Notes under the pieces: model-generated
What the model saw: the letters and a program-made list of their open reading frames with translations, nothing else
Databases searched by the model: none
Told to the model about the DNA's origin: nothing
Assembly (NCBI GenBank): GCA_965223545.1
Contig: OZ245006.1
Location: forward strand, 7,456,001-7,520,000
DNA from: Planctomycetota bacterium
GTDB taxonomy: Bacteria; Planctomycetota; UBA1135; UBA2386
Direction of reading: 5' to 3'
Length of the DNA: 64,000 bases
Made by a program: the position numbers and the translations under genes
In this document: piece by piece, positions 10,121-20,260 of the stretch
How positions within the stretch are numbered: position 1 is the first letter of the stretch
Layout of the letters: the number at the start of each line of letters is the position of its first letter

Positions 10121-11734
10121 GGGTGTGGATCCGCTATTGAGCAACTCGATCATGCGGCCACCTTCACGGCGGTACGTCGGGTTTCGTGGAGCTTGTGCAT
10201 CGCTTGATCCCAACGGTCGCTGAGCGCCAGAGCACGCAGGCGGAGGACGTGTTCGCCGGTCGTCGACTTCCAGCGCGATCCGGCGCGTTTCATACGCACG
10301 GCCACGAGTGTCTTGCAGGTGGCCTCGACAGCTCCGCTGCCAATTGGCAGACCAAGGCGCAGCGATCTGGCGAACCGCATGCGCTCGGCGTGGTTTTCGA
10401 AATAGGTGATGGCCTCATGGACGGGCCGCTTCGAGTCCCGCCAAGTATCCTCGAGGCCGGAACCGCGCAGTTCGGCGCGGATCTCTTCGGCTGCGCTGTT
10501 CGCGCAGCGCAATCGAACGCGCCAACGGTGCAACTCCGACTTGGCGCCGTCTGCACCGAAGATCACCTCGGCGGCCGGCGCCAGCTTCTCGACCACGTGC
10601 CAGAAGTCGATGCCTTGCTCGACGTTGCCGAACACCGCGGCGGGGAAGTGAGTGTGGAGCAGGTTGCACATCTCGTGGGCACCGTCGGACAGCAGCTTCA
10701 CTCGCAGGTCCGGGCTCTTCTGCAACAGCCTGTACGCCTCGCCGGCGATCTGAGCGAACCACAGGTCGACGTCGCTTTCCGGCATGCACCCGTACCGGAG
10801 CGTGTGCAGGCTCGCCCCTTCGGCGTCGTGCAAAGTGATCGTTGCGCAGTAGGCCATCCGGAAGTTCCGGTCTACGGGCCGCTTTGGCGCGTCCTTGCGC
10901 GGTCGGCCCGCCCGACGCTTCGCGGCCTCTTCCATCGGCACGGACACGCGGTCGACTGCCACGCTCATGGCGACGGCTTCCGCTGGCACGTCGAACTCCT
11001 GCGTGAGCATGTCCTCGATGTCCGCGTGTTCGCGAAGCCAGTGCTCGCCGACATGGTGCGCGACGCGCTCGAAGCTGGCCCGCGAATAGGGAAACCGACC
11101 TGTCTGGCGGGCAGCATCCGCCGCATCGCGCGACGGGCCGCGCTGAATGTCGTTCGCCATGCACTGGGCGGTGAGAGGAAGCCAACCGCGGCCGTAGGCA
11201 CCGGTTCGCAGCTTGATCGGGTCGAGGATCGGTCCGTTGCGCACGCCGACTTGGCGATAGACGGTGCGCTCGACTTTGACCTCGCCCGCCATCGTGAAGT
11301 ACGTGCCCGGCGTGCGCCGGAAACTGGCGTAGAGAGCGCCTCGGACCCGGATCCGTGGCGCGTCGACGTCGAGGGCGCGAAGCACCTCCGCGTGCGCTGC
11401 CCGCTCGACCGCGGCGGTCTGCTTGGCGATCGCCCTCTCCGTGTCCGCGTAGTCCACCGCGTGACCGCCGCGGCTCGACTCCGCCGCCGCCACCGTTGCG
11501 TCGACCAGGCTCTGCATCGACTCGGCGAGCCCCTTGTGCTCAACTGGCACCTTCACGAGGACGTACCCTCGTGAAGCGCCCCTCCCAGGACGCTGGTGTT
11601 GCATCCTGTATCCGATAGGGAGGGGCGCATGCTTGTACAAGTGTCTTCTACACAAATACTTGCGGCGAGCCAGCCTGCGACCACCAGATCTCGGGTGCGA
11701 TCACGCTGCTCCGCTCAATGCCGGAGCCACACCC
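10121..11734 (-). mobile_element. Complete insertion sequence, ISKra4/ISLre2-like (Mutator-related DDE), 1614 bp
   Basis: 22-bp imperfect terminal inverted repeats (GGGTGTGGATCCGCTATTGAGC / GGGTGTGGCTCCGGCATTGAGC) and an 8-bp target duplication GAGCGCCG at 10113-10120 and 11735-11742. Confidence 0.93.
10150..11604 (-). CDS. ISKra4-family transposase
   Basis: LSDGA, IDFWHVVEKL (DxxH) and GLPIGSGAVEATCK...RMKRAGSRW. Start uncertain (11604 or 11517). Confidence 0.88.
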   Translation of the reverse strand: MQHQRPGRGASRGYVLVKVPVEHKGLAESMQSLVDATVAAAESSRGGHAVDYADTERAIAKQTAAVERAAHAEVLRALDVDAPRIRVRGALYASFRRTPGTYFTMAGEVKVERTVYRQVGVRNGPILDPIKLRTGAYGRGWLPLTAQCMANDIQRGPSRDAADAARQTGRFPYSRASFERVAHHVGEHWLREHADIEDMLTQEFDVPAEAVAMSVAVDRVSVPMEEAAKRRAGRPRKDAPKRPVDRNFRMAYCATITLHDAEGASLHTLRYGCMPESDVDLWFAQIAGEAYRLLQKSPDLRVKLLSDGAHEMCNLLHTHFPAAVFGNVEQGIDFWHVVEKLAPAAEVIFGADGAKSELHRWRVRLRCANSAAEEIRAELRGSGLEDTWRDSKRPVHEAITYFENHAERMRFARSLRLGLPIGSGAVEATCKTLVAVRMKRAGSRWKSTTGEHVLRLRALALSDRWDQAMHKLHETRRTAVKVAA

Positions 11735-13113
11735 GAGCGCCGGCCGCCAACGTCTCCTGGACGAGGGTGCCATCTTCGTCGTCTCCGCCTGCCTTTGCTA
11801 GCCAGATAGTATACCACGCCTCGGCCGACCAACTGCTTGCCTATGGTGCCGGGCCGAGCTTTGGCGAGACCTGGGTTTTTCAGGGGACCACGTGGACCAA
11901 CCGAATCTCCAGCTCCACTCCCGGTCGGCGGTTCGCGCCAGGGCTGTGCTATCGAAGTGCGTCGAAGGACGTTTTTCTGTTCGGCGGAGATAATGGACTG
12001 CCGTCTCCATACTTTTATCCGAGTCTTGGGGATGCGTGGTCGTGGGACGGAGTCGCATGGCGGCTGTTGGCGGCTCGGGGTCCCGCTCGCAGCGGAGGGA
12101 TGGGGATGGCGTACGACTCAGTGCGAGACCGAGTCGTCATTTTTGGTGGCACTTTTTCGACGGGCACGGCTGAGTTCCTCCTCGGCGATACTTGGGAGTG
12201 GGACGGGGTGAAGTGGATCAATATCATGCCCCCGGTCGCTCCAAGCCCAAAAACTGGTCCGGCGATGGCTTTTGACCCGATCCGCAAGCGGGTCGTCCTG
12301 TTCGGGGGTGGCGGGCAGAACGATACCTGGGGGGTACGATGGTGCCACGTGGATCCAGAAGTTTCCGTCGAATGCGCCGAGCCCGCGATGGTCGTCGATG
12401 GCATGGGATGAAGCACGGCAGGTGATGGTCTTGGCTGGCGGCTTTAATAATCCCTTCATAGTGGGTGCCCACGACCAGTGGTGGATTGCGGGCCGTTGGA
12501 CAACGGATACATGGGAGTGGGACGGTGTCGATTGGGCGAGACGTCGCCGGCCGCCCGCCGGATACTACATGGTCAATTTTTACCAATCAGTGGCATACGA
12601 TAGCCGGAGGCATAGGACCATGGTGCTTTTGTACCATGGGCCGACGCGTTCGGATGAGCTTTGGTCATATGGCCCGACGTTCCCGGCGACGGCCAGCTCT
12701 TACGGCGCGCCCTGTTCCGGCTCGTCCGCATCGCCTACACTCACCGCGACGACCCTGCCATGGGTTGGCTTCCCCGTCACCCTTGACCTGAGCGGCGCAG
12801 TCCCCGGCACCTCAGCAGTCCTGACCGTCGGCCAGTCCGACACCCAATGGCTCGGCGCGACTCTCCCGCTCACGCTCGCACCAAGCCAGTGCCAAGTCTA
12901 CGCCTCCGTCGACCTCGGCTTCGCCGGGCGCGCAGACGCCCAAGGCAACGCCCAGTGGACCCTCCCTTTGGCCAACCTCCCCAGTCTGGTCGGGCGATCG
13001 ATGTTCCTACAGGGCTACGCCGCAGACCCCGCGGTCGCGCTCGGCTTCGTCACGTCAAACGCGATCGACGCGGTTCTGGGCGCGAAGTAGCCCAAGCCCG
13101 CGACCACGACCCC

Positions 13114-13640
13114 CTACCCCCGCAGCGCCTCGTACTGCCGCTGCGTCGCCGCCACCATCCCCGGTAGATCAAACCGCTCCCGCACCACCTCCGCCCCACG
13201 CACCCCCATCGCGCGCCGCCGCGCCGGATCGCGCACCAGCTCCCAGCTCCAGCACCGCGTCCGCCAACGCCTTCGGATCGCTCGGTGGCACCAGCAACCC
13301 GGTTTCCCCGGGCACCACGGTGTCGCGGTTTCCGATGACGTCGGTCGCCACCACCGGCAGCTCGAGCAGTATGGCCTCGAGCAGCACGTAGGGCAGGCCT
13401 TCGTACACCGACGAGAGCACGAACACGTCGAACGTGTTCATCACGTCCTGGATGTCGTGCCGGGAGCCCAGGAAGTGGAACGCCTGGAAGACGTCGACTT
13501 CGCGGGCGGCGACCGTGCTCTGCAGGCGCTTCTCGCCGTCGCCGCACCAGATGAAGCGGGCGTGTGGGGCGCCGTCGATGCCGAGCTCGCGGCGGATCCG
13601 TCGGCAGGGCGTCGTCGTCGGGGCGGAAGCCGTCGTCGCG
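13114..13640 (-). pseudogene. Duplicated 3' fragment of the GT4 gene at 15304-16467
   Basis: Encodes FDVFVLSSVYEGLPYVLLEA. It carries a 7-bp duplication near 13237-13250 and a ~90-bp deletion near 13577 relative to the intact gene, and has no 5' half. Confidence 0.9.
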
Positions 13641-13820
13641 GACGAGCGCGGCGACCGGGGGCCTGACACTCAGAGGGGCGGCGCCTGGGGTATTGGTTCT
13701 GATGGGCGCTGGCGGCTGTGGTATAACAGTGAGTTCCCCAATCCTTCTTGGGGGCTTTCATTCCGGAACATTATGCATGTTGTTGGACTACAGGCTGTGT
13801 GATTGCACTCAGAGACAACC

Positions 13821-15281
13821 ATGTTGCGGATGACGGTTGATCAAAGGTGGGTCTCGCTCTGGTTCGGCAGTTTATTATGTGCGACCCTTTCTCCACAGTC
13901 AATCTCTCTCAGAACTGTGCCTCTCTCACCTGTCTCTTGGGTGGTTGTGCGAACCTCGCCGCTCCCGATGTTTTCCAGGCAGGTTGCGTATCACGAGGCA
14001 GCCGACCAATTGTTCGTCCACGGCGCGGGGTTGAATTTCTCGGAGACCTGGACTCTCCAATCAGGCAAATGGACCAAGAGTGGTTCCACGCTGTCGCCAG
14101 GTAGGCGCTTCGATGCGGCGTTGTGCTACAGGGATGCCGCCAGAGATATCTTCTTGTTCGGCGGAGACGCAGGCCCACCATCTCCATTATGGCCTCTGAG
14201 CCTCGCTGATACTTGGTCGTGGAACGGTGTGTCGTGGCAGCAGTTGGCCGTGAATGGTCCCGCTCGGGCAGGGATGGGGATGGCGTATGATTCTGAGCGG
14301 GATCGGGTCGTTGTTTTCGGAGGTGTCCGATCTACGGGAGCAACGTTGTCTGCTCTTAACGATACTTGGGAGTGGAACGGGGTGAGGTGGATCAACATCC
14401 GGACTCCTGTCGCTCCGAGTCCAAGGTGTGCGCCTGCAATGACCTACGATCCAGTGCGGAGGCGCTGCGTTCTGTTCGGCGGTAGCGATCTAAGACCGCG
14501 AAACGACACTTGGGTGTACGATGGCTCCACGTGGACCCAGTTGTTTCCGCAGAATTCGCCGGGTCCGCGTTGGTCCTCGTTGACTTGGGATGATGCGCGA
14601 CAAGTGGCTGTCTTGGTCGGTGGTTTTGATGGTTCGAGAGGTTTTCGAGCCGGATCCGATCAAATGGTAGCTACTGGTGGTTTGTGGATGTCTGATACAT
14701 GGGAGTGGGATGGCAGTGCTTGGAACCAACGGCTGAAACGGATCCAGACAAAGCGCCATCCGGTAGCGTTTTATCAATCAGTAGCGTACGATAGTCGTAG
14801 ACAGCGGTCAATGACGGTGGTTTGGGATCGGACGACGCGTACTTGCGAGCTTTTGTCGTATGGGCCAAACACTCCTGCATCGGCCGGGTCTTTTGGCTCG
14901 CCGTGTCCTGGTTCGTCGGGCACGCCAGCCCTGTACACCAGCACTCTTCCGTGGGTGGGCTTCACCGTCACCCTGAGCCTGAGCGGCGCAGTCCCCGGCA
15001 CCTCAGCAGTCCTTACCGTCGGCCAGTCCAACACCCAATGGCTCGGCGCGACTCTCCCGCTCACGCTCGCACCAAGCCAGTGCCAAGTCTACGCCTCCGT
15101 CGACCTCGGCTTCGCCGGGCGCGCAGACGCCCAAGGCAACGCCCAGTGGACCCTCCCCTTGGCCAACCTCCCCAGTCTGGTCGGGCGATCGATGTTCCTA
15201 CAGGGCTACGCCGCAGACCCCGCGGTCGCGCTCGGCTTCGTCACGTCAAACGCGATCGACGCGGTTCTGGGCGCGAAGTAG
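13821..15281 (+). CDS. Secreted Kelch-like beta-propeller protein with conserved C-terminal domain, copy 4 (intact)
   Basis: Hydrophobic leader ending LSP-Q, DTWEWNG/DTWVYDG repeats, and the same CTD as copies 2 and 3. Confidence 0.85.
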   Translation: MLRMTVDQRWVSLWFGSLLCATLSPQSISLRTVPLSPVSWVVVRTSPLPMFSRQVAYHEAADQLFVHGAGLNFSETWTLQSGKWTKSGSTLSPGRRFDAALCYRDAARDIFLFGGDAGPPSPLWPLSLADTWSWNGVSWQQLAVNGPARAGMGMAYDSERDRVVVFGGVRSTGATLSALNDTWEWNGVRWINIRTPVAPSPRCAPAMTYDPVRRRCVLFGGSDLRPRNDTWVYDGSTWTQLFPQNSPGPRWSSLTWDDARQVAVLVGGFDGSRGFRAGSDQMVATGGLWMSDTWEWDGSAWNQRLKRIQTKRHPVAFYQSVAYDSRRQRSMTVVWDRTTRTCELLSYGPNTPASAGSFGSPCPGSSGTPALYTSTLPWVGFTVTLSLSGAVPGTSAVLTVGQSNTQWLGATLPLTLAPSQCQVYASVDLGFAGRADAQGNAQWTLPLANLPSLVGRSMFLQGYAADPAVALGFVTSNAIDAVLGAK

Positions 15282-15303
15282 CCCAAGCCCGCGACCACGC
15301 CCC

Positions 15304-16467
15304 CTACTCCCGCAGCGCCTCGTACTGCCGCTGCGTCGCCGCCACCATCCCCGGTAGATCAAACCGCTCCCGCACCACCTCCGCCCCACGCACCCCCATC
15401 GCGCGCCGCCGCGCCGGATCGCGCACCAGCTCCAGCACCGCGTCCGCCAACGCCTTCGGATCGCTCGGTGGCACCAGCAACCCGGTTTCCCCGGGCACCA
15501 CGGTGTCGCGGTTGCCGATCACGTCGGTCGCCACCACCGGCAGCTCGAGCAGCATGGCCTCGAGCAGCACGTAGGGCAGGCCTTCGTACACCGACGAGAG
15601 CACGAACACGTCGAACGCGTTCATCACGTCCTGGATGTCGTGCCGGAAGCCCAGGAAGTGGAACGCCTGGAAGACGTCGACTTCGCGGGCGGCGACCGTG
15701 CTCTGCAGGCGCTTCTCGCCGTCGCCGCACCAGATGAAGCGGGCGTGCGGGGCGCCGTCGAGGACGAAGCGCGCCGAGCGGATGAAGGTCATCGGGTCCT
15801 TCTGCTTGCTGTGGCGGCTGGCGGTGCCGATGACGAAGGCGTCGTCGTCGATGCCGAGCTCGCGGCGGATGCGGCGGCGGGCGTCGTCGTCGGGGCGGAA
15901 GCCGTCGTCGCAGGCGACGGCGTTGGGGATCACCGTGATGCGCTCGGCCGGCACGGTCTTGGTCTCGACGGCGGCGGTGCGCTCGCTCTCGGAGACCGCG
16001 ATGAAGCGGTCGGTCATCCGGCCGGCGAGCTGCTCGAGCCACAAGAACAGGCGCTGCACCATGCGGTTGCCGGGTCGCAGGAAGTAGAGGCCGTTGGGAG
16101 TGTAGATCGTCTTGAGGCCGCAGAGCTTGGCGGCGATGCGGCCGAGGAAGCCGGCCTTGGAGCTGTGCAGGTGGACGACGTCGTAGTTGCCGCGGCGCAT
16201 CAGGCGCAGCAGGCGGAGCAGGCCGAGGGGGTCCTGGATCGGGTGGATGCCGCTGCGCAGGTCGATCGGGTGCAGGGTGATGCCGAGGGCGCGGACGCGC
16301 TCGGCGAACTTGGTGTCGCCCTTGTCCACCCACTCGTCGCGCACCAGCGGGCTCGCCACCTCGACCTCGAAGCGGTCGCGGTCGATCCCCTGCAGCAGCA
16401 GCAGAAGATGCTTGCCGGTGCCGGCGGTGGTGGCCTCGAGGACCTCGAGCACTCGGATCTTGGACAC
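15304..16467 (-). CDS. Glycosyltransferase family 4
   Basis: DVVHLHSSKAG, QKDP, EGLPYVLLEAM and TGLLVPP. Confidence 0.93.
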   Translation of the reverse strand: MSKIRVLEVLEATTAGTGKHLLLLLQGIDRDRFEVEVASPLVRDEWVDKGDTKFAERVRALGITLHPIDLRSGIHPIQDPLGLLRLLRLMRRGNYDVVHLHSSKAGFLGRIAAKLCGLKTIYTPNGLYFLRPGNRMVQRLFLWLEQLAGRMTDRFIAVSESERTAAVETKTVPAERITVIPNAVACDDGFRPDDDARRRIRRELGIDDDAFVIGTASRHSKQKDPMTFIRSARFVLDGAPHARFIWCGDGEKRLQSTVAAREVDVFQAFHFLGFRHDIQDVMNAFDVFVLSSVYEGLPYVLLEAMLLELPVVATDVIGNRDTVVPGETGLLVPPSDPKALADAVLELVRDPARRRAMGVRGAEVVRERFDLPGMVAATQRQYEALRE

Positions 16468-16614
16468 GCGGACGAGAGGGGTGGTTGAGGGGCGGTGCGA
16501 GGGCGATTATGCGGCATGCGGGCGCCGCGCGGCAGCACTCGTCGGCAGCGTCCCGGCCGTGCCGCCGTCCGCTCTTCTATCGGTCCGCAGCCGCACCCAG
16601 CTCGATCCGGCTGC

Positions 16615-17721
16615 TCAGCCGTCGGTGGGCTCGGGCGCGCGCCCCTGGTACAGCGCCTCGATCTGCGCGGCGTAGCGCTCGATCGCGAAGTGCTCGGTAA
16701 AGCTCTGCTTGCCGGTCTCGGCGAGCCGCGCGCTCAAGGCCGGATCGGCGTGCAGCTCGCCGATGCGGCGCGCCAGCTGGTCGGGGTCGCCGGGCGGCAC
16801 CAGCAGGCCGTTGACGCCGCTCTGCACCAGCTCGGCCGGCCCCTCGATGTCGGTGGCGACGACGGCGACGCCGGCGCGGAACGCCTCGAGGATCACCAGG
16901 CCGAAGCCCTCGAACACCGACGGCAGCGCGAACACATCGCAGGCGGCGAAATAGCGCTCGGGCGCGCGCGTCGCCGGCCGCAGCTGGACCACGTCGTCCG
17001 TGCCCAGCCGCTCGTTGTGGGCGCGGAGCTCGGCTTCGAGCGAGCCGGCGCCGACGATCAGCACGCGGAGGCGGTCGATCGAGTTGCGCAATCGGGCGGC
17101 GGCCTCGATCAGCGTGTGCACCGACTTCTGCCGCTCGAGCCGGCCGACGAACAGCACGCAGAACGCGTGCTGTGGAATGTCGAGCTCGGCGCGCAGGGCG
17201 GCGCGGTCCTGGCCGAGGCGGACGTCGGGGATCGCGTTGTGCACCACGCTGGCGCGGGCGGCCGGCACCCGCAGGCGCTGGCGCACGTGCTCGTGCACCG
17301 ACTTGGAGATGCACAGCACGTGGCAGTCGGGGACCACGCGGCGGAACAGCCAGCGGTAGGCGCGGAAGATCACGTGGTCCTTCCAGCTCCACTTGAACCA
17401 GATGTTGTGCATCGTGCAGAAGCGGCGCATGGGCAGGCCACGCGAGGCCCACTGGCCGACGAAGTCGGCGTGCCCGAGGTGGGTGTGCAGCACGTCGGGG
17501 GCGGTCTCGGCCAAGAACGCGCGCAGCCGCGCGGCGAGGCCGCGGCCGAGCGGCAGCTGGTGCACGCGGACGCTGGGATCCAGCTCGGCGACCAGATCCG
17601 GGTCGTTCTTGAAGTAGACGATGTCGATCTCGTGCCGCGTCGCGTGCAGGTTGGCGAGGTTGACCAGCAGCCGCTCGGCGCCCGCGAAGTGGATCGAGGT
17701 GATGACGTGGCAGATGCGCAT
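16615..17721 (-). CDS. Glycosyltransferase family 4
   Basis: GAER, FVGRLERQK, EGFGLVILEA and NGLLVPPGD. Start at ATG 17721 (MRICHVIT). Confidence 0.93.
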   Translation of the reverse strand: MRICHVITSIHFAGAERLLVNLANLHATRHEIDIVYFKNDPDLVAELDPSVRVHQLPLGRGLAARLRAFLAETAPDVLHTHLGHADFVGQWASRGLPMRRFCTMHNIWFKWSWKDHVIFRAYRWLFRRVVPDCHVLCISKSVHEHVRQRLRVPAARASVVHNAIPDVRLGQDRAALRAELDIPQHAFCVLFVGRLERQKSVHTLIEAAARLRNSIDRLRVLIVGAGSLEAELRAHNERLGTDDVVQLRPATRAPERYFAACDVFALPSVFEGFGLVILEAFRAGVAVVATDIEGPAELVQSGVNGLLVPPGDPDQLARRIGELHADPALSARLAETGKQSFTEHFAIERYAAQIEALYQGRAPEPTDG

Positions 17722-17878
17722 GCGACACGGTGGAGTGGGCGGCCACTGCTGAGGCACAAACAGCGGCATGGGCGCGGCCGGCCTGGAAACCGTAGCGAGT
17801 CGGCCGCTTCGGAGTAGACTTCTCGGGCGATAGGGGGGCGGTCCGGCATGGGGCCGTCCGCACCGCGCCACAACGCCG

Positions 17879-18610
17879 ATGTCGACGCACGTTCACAGCC
17901 GCCGGATGCCGGGGCTGGCGGCCCTGGTGGTCTGCTGGCTGTTGGCGTGTACGGGCTGCGTGGCACCCGCCATCGAAGAGGGTCAGATCATGGTCGGCGC
18001 GCTGCGCACCATCGATCCCGAGGGGCAAGTCGTCCGCCGCGGCGACCAGCTCGCGATCCGTTTCACCTACGAGCCCGGGCGGAACCAGGCAGTCACGGTG
18101 CGGCCGGACGGCAAGATCTCGATCCCGTTCGCCGAGGAGGTGGTCGCCGCCGGCCGGACGGTCGAGGAGTTGGACGAGATCCTGTCGGAGCAGGTCTCCC
18201 GGCACCTGGTGAACGGCGATCTCACCGTGATCGTGCGTCAGCGGGTCCGGCATCAGGTCTACGTCGCCGGTGAGGTGCGGCGCCCTGGCGTGGTGGGACT
18301 CGAGCCCGGCATGACGCTGCACCACGCGGTGCTGGCGTCGGGCGACTTCAAGCGCTCTGCCGCGACGGATTCGGTGATCTTGGTGCGCGATCTCGGCCCC
18401 GGTCTGCGCGGCGCCGAGAAGCTCGATCTCAGCGAGGAGGGCATGGTGCGCGGCGACTACCAGCTGCAGCCGTTCGATTTGGTCTACGTGCCGCGCACCA
18501 GCATCAGCCGCGTGAGTCAGTGGCTGCGCCAGCACGTCAGCAACCTGCTGCCGAAGGGCGTGCGCATCGTCGCCTTCAGCTATCACTATGGCCTTCAAGT
18601 CGATCTGTAG
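17879..18610 (+). CDS. Polysaccharide biosynthesis/export protein (Wza/OPX-like), copy A
   Basis: GDQLAI, VRPDGKISIPF, VYVAGEVRRPG and LQPFDLVYVP. Lipoprotein-like leader. Confidence 0.9.
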   Translation: MSTHVHSRRMPGLAALVVCWLLACTGCVAPAIEEGQIMVGALRTIDPEGQVVRRGDQLAIRFTYEPGRNQAVTVRPDGKISIPFAEEVVAAGRTVEELDEILSEQVSRHLVNGDLTVIVRQRVRHQVYVAGEVRRPGVVGLEPGMTLHHAVLASGDFKRSAATDSVILVRDLGPGLRGAEKLDLSEEGMVRGDYQLQPFDLVYVPRTSISRVSQWLRQHVSNLLPKGVRIVAFSYHYGLQVDL

Positions 18611-18619
18611 AGAACCGTG

Positions 18620-19327
18620 ATGAAACTGACGCGAGTGTTGCTGTCCGTGCTTCCCTTCCTCGGGGGCGTGGCCTGCGTGGGGCCCGATATCGACTATGGC
18701 GAGATCCGGTCGGTGGAGGTGATGGAAGCCAACCCCGGGGGCTACCGGCTCAGCGCGGGCGACCAGATCGAGGTCGTGTTCGCGTATCACCCGGAGCGCA
18801 GCATCCCGCTCACGGTGCGACCCGACGGCAAGGTGTCGATGCCGTTTGCCGAGGAGATCCTCGCCGCCGGCCGCACGATCCCCGAGCTCGACGCCGCGTT
18901 GACCGAAGAGGTCGCCAAGAACCTGAAGAACCCCGACCTCGCGGTGGTGATGCGCGCCTACGCGCGGCAGCGGGTCTACGTCGGCGGTGAAGTGCAGCGA
19001 CCTAGCGAGCGACCGCTGATCCCGGGCGAGACGGTGTACCAGGCGATCGCCGCGTCGGGTTGGTTCTTGCCGACGGCGGCGCAGGACAGTGTCGTGCTGA
19101 TTCGCCAGGCCGGGCCGGACGTTCGGCAGGCGATGAAGTTCGATTTCTCCGAGGAGGCGCTGGTCGCGGCGGACGTGCAGCTGCAGCCGTTCGACGTGAT
19201 CTACGTCCCGCCGACGACCATCGCCCGCGTCGGCGAGTGGATCGAGCAGCACATCAACAACATCCTGCCGCGCGGCGTCAACATCGGCTTCGTCGGCTTC
19301 ACCGGCCGCCGCGTGCTGCTGCAGTAG
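18620..19327 (+). CDS. Polysaccharide biosynthesis/export protein (Wza/OPX-like), copy B
   Basis: YRLSAGDQIEV, VRPDGKVSMPF, VYVGGEV and LQPFDVIYVP. Lipobox GVAC. Confidence 0.9.
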   Translation: MKLTRVLLSVLPFLGGVACVGPDIDYGEIRSVEVMEANPGGYRLSAGDQIEVVFAYHPERSIPLTVRPDGKVSMPFAEEILAAGRTIPELDAALTEEVAKNLKNPDLAVVMRAYARQRVYVGGEVQRPSERPLIPGETVYQAIAASGWFLPTAAQDSVVLIRQAGPDVRQAMKFDFSEEALVAADVQLQPFDVIYVPPTTIARVGEWIEQHINNILPRGVNIGFVGFTGRRVLLQ

Positions 19328-19357
19328 CGCTGGCCCTTGCCGCGGGCTGGAGCGTCG

Positions 19358-20260
19358 TCAGTCGCCGCCCCGCCGGCGGGCCCGCAGCCACGTCCAGACG
19401 TCGTAGCCGCGGCCGAGCTGGAAGGCGAGGCCGAAGACTCCCTGTGCGGGGTCGATGCTGCAGCGCGCGATGCGCATCGGGTCGGGGTGGTGCCGCCGCG
19501 TCCACGATGGCTCCGCCATGAAGGTGCCGTAGTAGCCCGCGGCGCGGGCCGCCTCGATGGTGGCGTCGCTGTGCGCGCCGTACGGCCAGGCCAGCGCGCG
19601 CACCGTGCCGAACCCCTGCGCTTCGAGGTCGTCGCGGGCGCCGCGCAGCTCGTCGCGCAGCTGCTGCGCGTCGACCTCGTCCATGTAGGGGTGCGTGCGG
19701 GTGTGTGACGACACCTCCAGCCCGCGCGGCGGCGCCGGCCGCAGCTCGTCCCAGGTCGCGATGCGTTCGGTCATCGTCGCGTACGTCTGCTGCAGCGCGG
19801 CTTCCTTGTCGGCGTCGGTGCCGGTGTAGACCTCGTCGATCATCCGCTCGATGCGCGCCCGGTCGCGCTCGCCCCAGCGCGGCAGGTCGCCGTCGTTCTG
19901 CGTCACCATGAACACGGTGGCGCAGAGCCCGCGCGCCTCGAGGATCGGCAGGGCCTCGGTGACGTTGTTGAGGTAGCCGTCGTCGAAGGTGATGACCACG
20001 ACGTCGCGCGGCACGGTGCGGCCCTCGTGCAGGGCGCGGACGAAGCGCTCGGCGGTCCAGGTCGTGTAGCCCTTCGCCACCAGGTAGTCCATCTGCGCGG
20101 CGAACAGCGCGGCGGTCACCGAGATCGGGCTGTCGATGGCATCCACGCTGTGGTAGGTGAGGACGCGCGGGCCGGCGGCCGGAAACGGCAGCGTCGCGAA
20201 GTGGAGGACCCGGCGGACGGCGGCCTTGAGCAGGCGGTTGGTGGTGTTGCGCAGCGACAC
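19358..20260 (-). CDS. Polysaccharide deacetylase (CE4/NodB-like)
   Basis: VLTYH, ITFDDGY, SHTRTHP and AWPYG. Start uncertain. Confidence 0.9.
   Translation of the reverse strand: MSLRNTTNRLLKAAVRRVLHFATLPFPAAGPRVLTYHSVDAIDSPISVTAALFAAQMDYLVAKGYTTWTAERFVRALHEGRTVPRDVVVITFDDGYLNNVTEALPILEARGLCATVFMVTQNDGDLPRWGERDRARIERMIDEVYTGTDADKEAALQQTYATMTERIATWDELRPAPPRGLEVSSHTRTHPYMDEVDAQQLRDELRGARDDLEAQGFGTVRALAWPYGAHSDATIEAARAAGYYGTFMAEPSWTRRHHPDPMRIARCSIDPAQGVFGLAFQLGRGYDVWTWLRARRRGGD

Larger units (their letters stand above)
10040..13090 (+). pseudogene. Kelch-like secreted protein, copy 3, interrupted by an IS and frameshifted
   Basis: 5' part 10040-10120 (MRYSLFLIAGSIGPVLSAQPGPLTRAP) resumes after the IS at 11743 (AANVSWTRVP). 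A +1 frameshift lies in a G6 run at 12329-12334, where copy 2 reads TGGGAGTAC. Confidence 0.88.
12787..15911. repeat. Near-identical direct repeat: 12787-~13640 and 14978-~15911 (Kelch C-terminal domain plus 3' end of the GT4 gene)
   Basis: About 3 mismatches by eye over the ~300-bp CTD-coding part. The match continues into the downstream GT4 gene. Confidence 0.92.

Noticed and set aside
8461..13090. Diversity-generating retroelement (TR/VR) among the Kelch copies
   Set aside because: Differences in the segment I compared are mostly third-codon-position changes involving all bases, not adenine-specific, and there is no reverse transcriptase in the window.
7606..13820. Integron cassette array
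   Set aside because: No integrase gene, and no convincing attC-type RYYYAAC...GTTRRRY inverted structure between the genes.
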